Notes under the pieces: generated by a model | The model's database searches: none | Seen by the model: the letters and a program-made list of their open reading frames with translations, nothing else | What the model was told of the DNA's origin: nothing | In this document: positions 59,141 through 64,000 of the stretch, piece after piece | Layout: each line of letters begins with the position of its first letter | Position numbering within the stretch: the first letter of the stretch is position 1 | Source: Somniosus microcephalus | Taxonomy: Eukaryota | Length of the DNA stretch: 64,000 bases | Assembly: GCA_052327205.1 (NCBI GenBank) | Contig: CM126218.1 | Coordinates: 43,834,001 to 43,898,000 of the forward strand | Direction of reading: 5' to 3' | Program-made: the position numbers and the translations under genes

Positions 59141-61578
59141 CAGTGGCTCCTGTTATTCCTGTGGCTCCTGTTATTCCCCTGTCTCCTGTTACTCCCCTGG
59201 CTCCAGTTATTCCCCTGGCTCCTGTTGCTCCGGTGGCTCCTGTTACTCCGGTGGCTCCTGTTACTCCCGTGGCTCCTGTTACACCCGTGGCTCCTGTTAC
59301 TCCCATGGCTCCTGTTACTCCAGTGGCTCCTGTTACTCCAGTGGCTCCTGTTACTCCGGTGGCTCCTGTTACTCCGGTGGCTCCTGTTACTCCTGTGGCT
59401 TCTGTTACTCCCCTTGCGCCTGTTACTCCCATGGCTCCCGTTACTCCTCTGGCTCCTGTTACTCCCCTGGCTCCTGTTATTCCCCTGGCTCCTGTTACTC
59501 CCCTGGCTCCTGCTATACCCGTGGCTCCAGTTACTCCCCTGGCTCCAGTTACTCCCCTGGCTCCTGTTACTCCCCTGGCTCCTGTTATACCCGTGGCTCC
59601 TGTTACTCCCCTGGCTCCAGTTACTCCCCTGGTTCCTGTTACTCCCCTGGCTCCAGTTACTCCCCTGGCTCCAGTTACTCCCCTGGCTCCTGTTACTCCC
59701 CTGGCTCCTGTTATACCCGTGGCTCCTGTTACTCCCCTGGCTCCTGTTACTCCCCTGGTTCCTGTTACTCCCCTGGCTCCAGTTACTCCCCTGGCTCCAG
59801 TTACTCCCCTGGCTCCTGTTACTCCCCTGGCTCCTGTTATACCCGTGGCTCCTGTTACTCCCCTGGCTCCAGTTACTCCCCTGGCTCCAGTTACTCCCCT
59901 GGCTCCTGTTATTCCCCTGGCTCCTGTTACTCCCCCGGCTCCTGTTATTCCCATGGCTCCTGTTACTCCCCTGGCACCTGTTACTCCCCTGGCTCCTGTT
60001 ATTCCCATGGCTCCTGTTACTCCCCTGGCTCCTGTTACTCCCATGGCTCATGTTATTCCCATGGCTCCTGTTACTCCTTTGGCTCCTCTTATTCCCCTGT
60101 TTCCTGTTACCCCCGTCGATCTTGTTACTCCCCTGGTTCCTGTTACTCCCCTGGCTCCTGTTATTCTGGTGGCTCCTGTTACTCCCCTGGCTCCTGTTAC
60201 TCCCCTGGCTCCTGTTATTCCCCTGGCTCCTGTTACTCCCCTGGCTCCTGTTACTCCCCTGGCTCCTGTTACTCCCTTGGCTCCTGTTACTCCCCTGGCT
60301 CCAGTTACTCCCCTGGCTCCTGTTATTCCCATGGCTCCTGTTACTCCCCTGGCTCCTTTTACTCCCCTGGCTCCTGTTACTCCCCTGGCTCCTGTTACTC
60401 CCCTGGCTCCTGTTACTCCCATGGCTCATGTTATTCCCATGGCTCCTGTTACTCCTTTGGCTCCTCTTATTCCCCTGATTCCTGTTACTCCCGTCGATCT
60501 TGTTACTCCCCTGGTTCCTGTTACTCCCCTGGCTCCTGTTATTCTGGTGGCTCCTGTCACTCCCCTGGCTCCTGTTATTCCACAGGCTACTGTTACGCCT
60601 CTCATTCCTGATATTCCTCTGGTTCCTGTTACTCCCCTGGCTCCTGTTATTCCCGTGGCTTCTGTTACTCCTTTGGCTCCTGTTATTCCCCTGATTCCTG
60701 TTGCTCCCGTCGATCTTGTTACTCCCCTATTTCCTGTTACTCCCATGGCTACTGTTACTCCCTGGCTTCTGTTACTCCCCTGGCTCCTGTTACTACCCTG
60801 GCTCCTGTTATTCCCATGGCTCCTGTTACTCCTTTGGCTCCTGTTATTCCCCGATTCCTGTTACTCCCGTCGATCTTGTTACTCCCCTATTTCCTGTTAC
60901 TCCCATGGCTCCTGTTACTCCCCTGGCTCCTGTTACTCCCCTGGCTCCTGTTATTCCCATGGCTCCTGTTACTCCTTTGGCTCCTGTTATTCCCCTGATT
61001 CCTGTTACTCCCGTCGATCTTGTTACTCCACTGGTTCCTGTTACTCCCCTGGCTCCTGTTACCCCACTGGCCCCTGTTACTCCCCTGGCTCCTGTTATTC
61101 CCCTGGTTCCTGTTATTCCCCTGGTTCCTGTTAGTCCCCTGGTTCCTGTTGTTCCCGTGGCTCCTGTTATTCCCCTGTTTCCTGTTGTTCCCCTGGTTCA
61201 TGTTTTTCCCCTGGCTCCTGTTACTCCGGTGGCTCCCGTTACGCACCTGGCCCCTATTACTCCCCGGGCTCCCGTTATTCCCCTGGCTCATGTTGCTCCG
61301 GTGGCTCCTATTACTCAGGTGGCTCCTGGTACTCCCCTGGCTCCTGTTACTCCTTTGGCTCCTGTTATTCCCCTGGTTCCTGTTACTCCCGTTGATCTTG
61401 TTACTCCCATGGCTCCTGTTATTCTGGTGGCTCCTGTTACTCCCCTGGCTCCTGTTATTCTACAGGCTACTGTTACACCCCTCATTCCTGTTATTCCTCT
61501 GGTTCCTGTTACTCCCCTGGCTCCTGCTATTCCCCTGGCTCCTGTTACTCCCCTGGCTCCTGTTACTCCTGTGGCTTC
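59141..61578. repeat. 18-bp satellite, main block (about 135 units, with higher-order variants)
   Basis: Tandem gctcctgttactcccctg with the recurring variant ccgtcgatcttgtt. Confidence 0.96.
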
Positions 61579-64000
61579 TGTTGTATCCGTGTGTTAATGG
61601 AGACACGGAATGCAGGAGTTGGTTTACAGGTGTTTATTGAACAAAGTCTGGAGGTGAACTAAAAGATACAAGACACTATACAGGCTTATATAGCCTGAGT
61701 GGCCACTACCGGCATTACAGTACACAGGGGCTCTTAAAGGTACATACACCACAATTCCTCCCCTTTTAGACAACCAGTACATAACATTTTAAGTAATCAT
61801 TAATTAACATGTTTACAAGAACAATAATCTACACATTTGCTGCAGTTAATCAATTATAAGTCTGTCTCTCTGGAGGCTTCTTGACTCGGTCCGGATAACG
61901 CCTCAGTGGTGTAGTAGTTTTCGGTGGTGTAGTAGGTTCTTTTGGCAAGGTTGATTCGGCTTGAATGCCAGTGTCAGGTTCATCTGGTTCCAGTATCACC
62001 GGATCGGAGGTAGATACTATGGGTATCTCTACTTCATCGTTCGGCGTATAGAGTTGTGGTGTAGGTTGTCCCTTTTCGGATGACTCTATGATTTGGTCAG
62101 CATGGCGCCTTATTATGCTTTCTCCAATGTCCACGGTATACATGAGCAGTCCGAGTCGTGTGCAAATAGTTCCAGGCTGCCATTTCTCGGTACGGTAGTC
62201 CCGGGCCAAAACTTGTTGACCTATCTGGAAGGTTCTAGTTGGCCTTTCATTCATGCCTTGAAATTGCCGGTTCTCTACGTCCCTTCTGATGTTTGGCTTG
62301 ATCAAATCCAGCCAGCATCTTAGTCTTCTATTGAAAAACATCATGGCGGGAGTTTGGTTTGTAACCACAGGTGTTGCATTCCTGTATGCAAACAAGAAGT
62401 TATCTACCTTATGTTGTAGATTTATGTCTTCATTACTTATGGCCTTGATGGCCTTCTTGAAGGTCTGGACAAACCTTTCAGCAAATCCATTGGTGGCAGG
62501 ATGGTATGGGGCGGACGTGTAGTGCTTAACCCCATTGTTTTTTTAAGAACTTCCTGAATTCTTCGGACACAAATTGCGGTCCATTATCAGAACAGATCTG
62601 TCCAGGCAGCCTATTCCTGGCAAATATGGTCCTTAATACTGTGATGGTTTTTTCCGTGGTGGTGGAGGACATCTTTATTACCTCCGGCCACTTGGAGTGT
62701 GCATCAACCGCGATTAAGAACATTGAGTCCATAAATGGACTAGCAAAGTCGATGTGTACCCTTTGCCATGGAGATGAGCGCCACTCCCATGGCTGTAGAG
62801 GGGCTTGTGGTGGGGTGTTTTGGACCTTCTGGCATCCTAGACAGCGCTTGGTCATTTCTTCGATGTCTCCATTGATACCTGGCCACCACACAAACGCTCT
62901 GGCTAGGTTCTTCATTTTCACTCCACCCAGATGCCCCTCGTGAAGCTCCTTTAGCACTTTATCCTGGAGTTTGGGTGGAATCACCACTCTGGATCCACAC
63001 ATCAAGGTTCCTCGGCACACTGACAGCTGTTCTCTTCTTTGCGAGAATGCTGGCAACAGTGGTTCGCCATGTGCTGGCCATCCCTTCACCGTTAAATCGT
63101 AGACTCATGAGAGAGTCGGGTCATTTCTCGTTTCCTTTTCAATGGTAGAATTTGTTACTGGTAGACATTCCACTATGGTTGAGTGGAACATCTCCACTGG
63201 GTCCACTGTAGGTGCCTCTTCTACCGTTGGCAACGGTAGGCGCGATAAACCGTCAGCATTCCCATGCTGTTTTGACCTTTTGTATTCTATGTCATATTGG
63301 TGTGCCCCTAGGAAAAGGGACCACCTCTGTAGCCTTTGCGCTGTCATAATGGGAACGCCCTTTTTAGGGTTGAATATGGAGATGAGGGGTTGATGGTCAG
63401 TCAACAAGGGAAATTTTTGTCCGTGTAGGTAATGGTTGAATTTCTTCACTCCCCATACCAGGCTGAGTGCTTCCCTGTTGATCTGGGCATAGTTACGCTC
63501 AGCTGAGTTTAATGAGCGTGACGCAAAAGCTATCGGCCGCTCCGAGCCATCAGGGAATCTATGCGATAATACCGCTCCTACGCCGTAAGGGGATGCATCG
63601 CATGCCAGTCTGATTGGCAGTGATGGGTTGTAATGAGCCAACACTTCCTTGGACATGATCAAGCCTTTGCATTTATGGAAGGCACGTTTACAGTCTTCAC
63701 TCCATTTCCAAATTACTCCCGTTTGTAGCAGTGCGTTAAGAGGGTGCAGAACAGTTGACAAGTTCGGTAAAAATTTATGATAGTAATTTATCAATCCCAG
63801 GAACGACCTTAATTGTGAGACATTTTCAGGTGCTGGGGCTTTTATGACCGCTTCAATTTTTTCAGGTGACTTATGCAACCCTTCTTCGTTAATTATATGG
63901 CCACAATATGATATTTGTTTCTGGAAAAATTCGCACTTGGGGCGATTTGCTCGTAGGCCCCGTTCTCTCAGCCTCGTGAGCACCTGCTCCAAATTGGCAA
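61579..64000 (-). mobile_element. Second, related Gypsy element (3' LTR about 61579-61753, PPT, pol), running off the window
   Basis: Reverse-complement LTR starts tgtggtgtatgtacctttaag after PPT aaaaggggaggaa; pol is colinear with the first element; LTR end ambiguous (61579 or 61592). Confidence 0.93.
61850..64000 (-). pseudogene. Gypsy pol (RT end, RNase H, integrase), disrupted
   Basis: LRSFLGLINYY, LACDASPYG, HEGHLG, HIDF, SDNGPQF; stop at 63105 and frameshift near 62530. Confidence 0.92.

Noticed and set aside
59042-61640. PWLLLL and SQGSNR repeat ORFs as proteins
   Set aside because: Alternative frames of the 18-bp satellite

Overview
Eukaryotic, repeat-dense genomic DNA. The repeat repertoire (CR1/HER1-type LINEs, L2 tails, a DeuSINE, Penelope elements with hammerhead ribozymes, GGCC-ended Harbingers, Mag-type Gypsy) is typical of a cartilaginous fish; this is inference. 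I could not identify any host gene, only a few unassigned exon-like segments. Main contents: a 48-bp minisatellite (1.5-4.6 kb); a possible long solo LTR (6.8-8.3 kb); a near-complete PIF/Harbinger (9173-13628) with an intact DDE transposase and a spliced Myb/SANT partner gene, plus at least six non-autonomous relatives; a truncated Penelope with a 12-bp TSD and a hammerhead ribozyme; a full-length CR1 with intact ORF1 and ORF2, whose 5' end is 15 near-identical 78-bp monomers each carrying a donor/branch/acceptor set, nested in a Harbinger MITE; a ~740-bp near-perfect palindrome of Penelope pLTR sequence with a hammerhead on each strand; many nested LINE/SINE fragments; an inverted templated copy of flanking DNA inside a CR1; and two related Gypsy elements lying tail-to-tail in one 18-bp satellite. 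Family names come from motif recognition, not database searches, and boundaries of degraded fragments are approximate.
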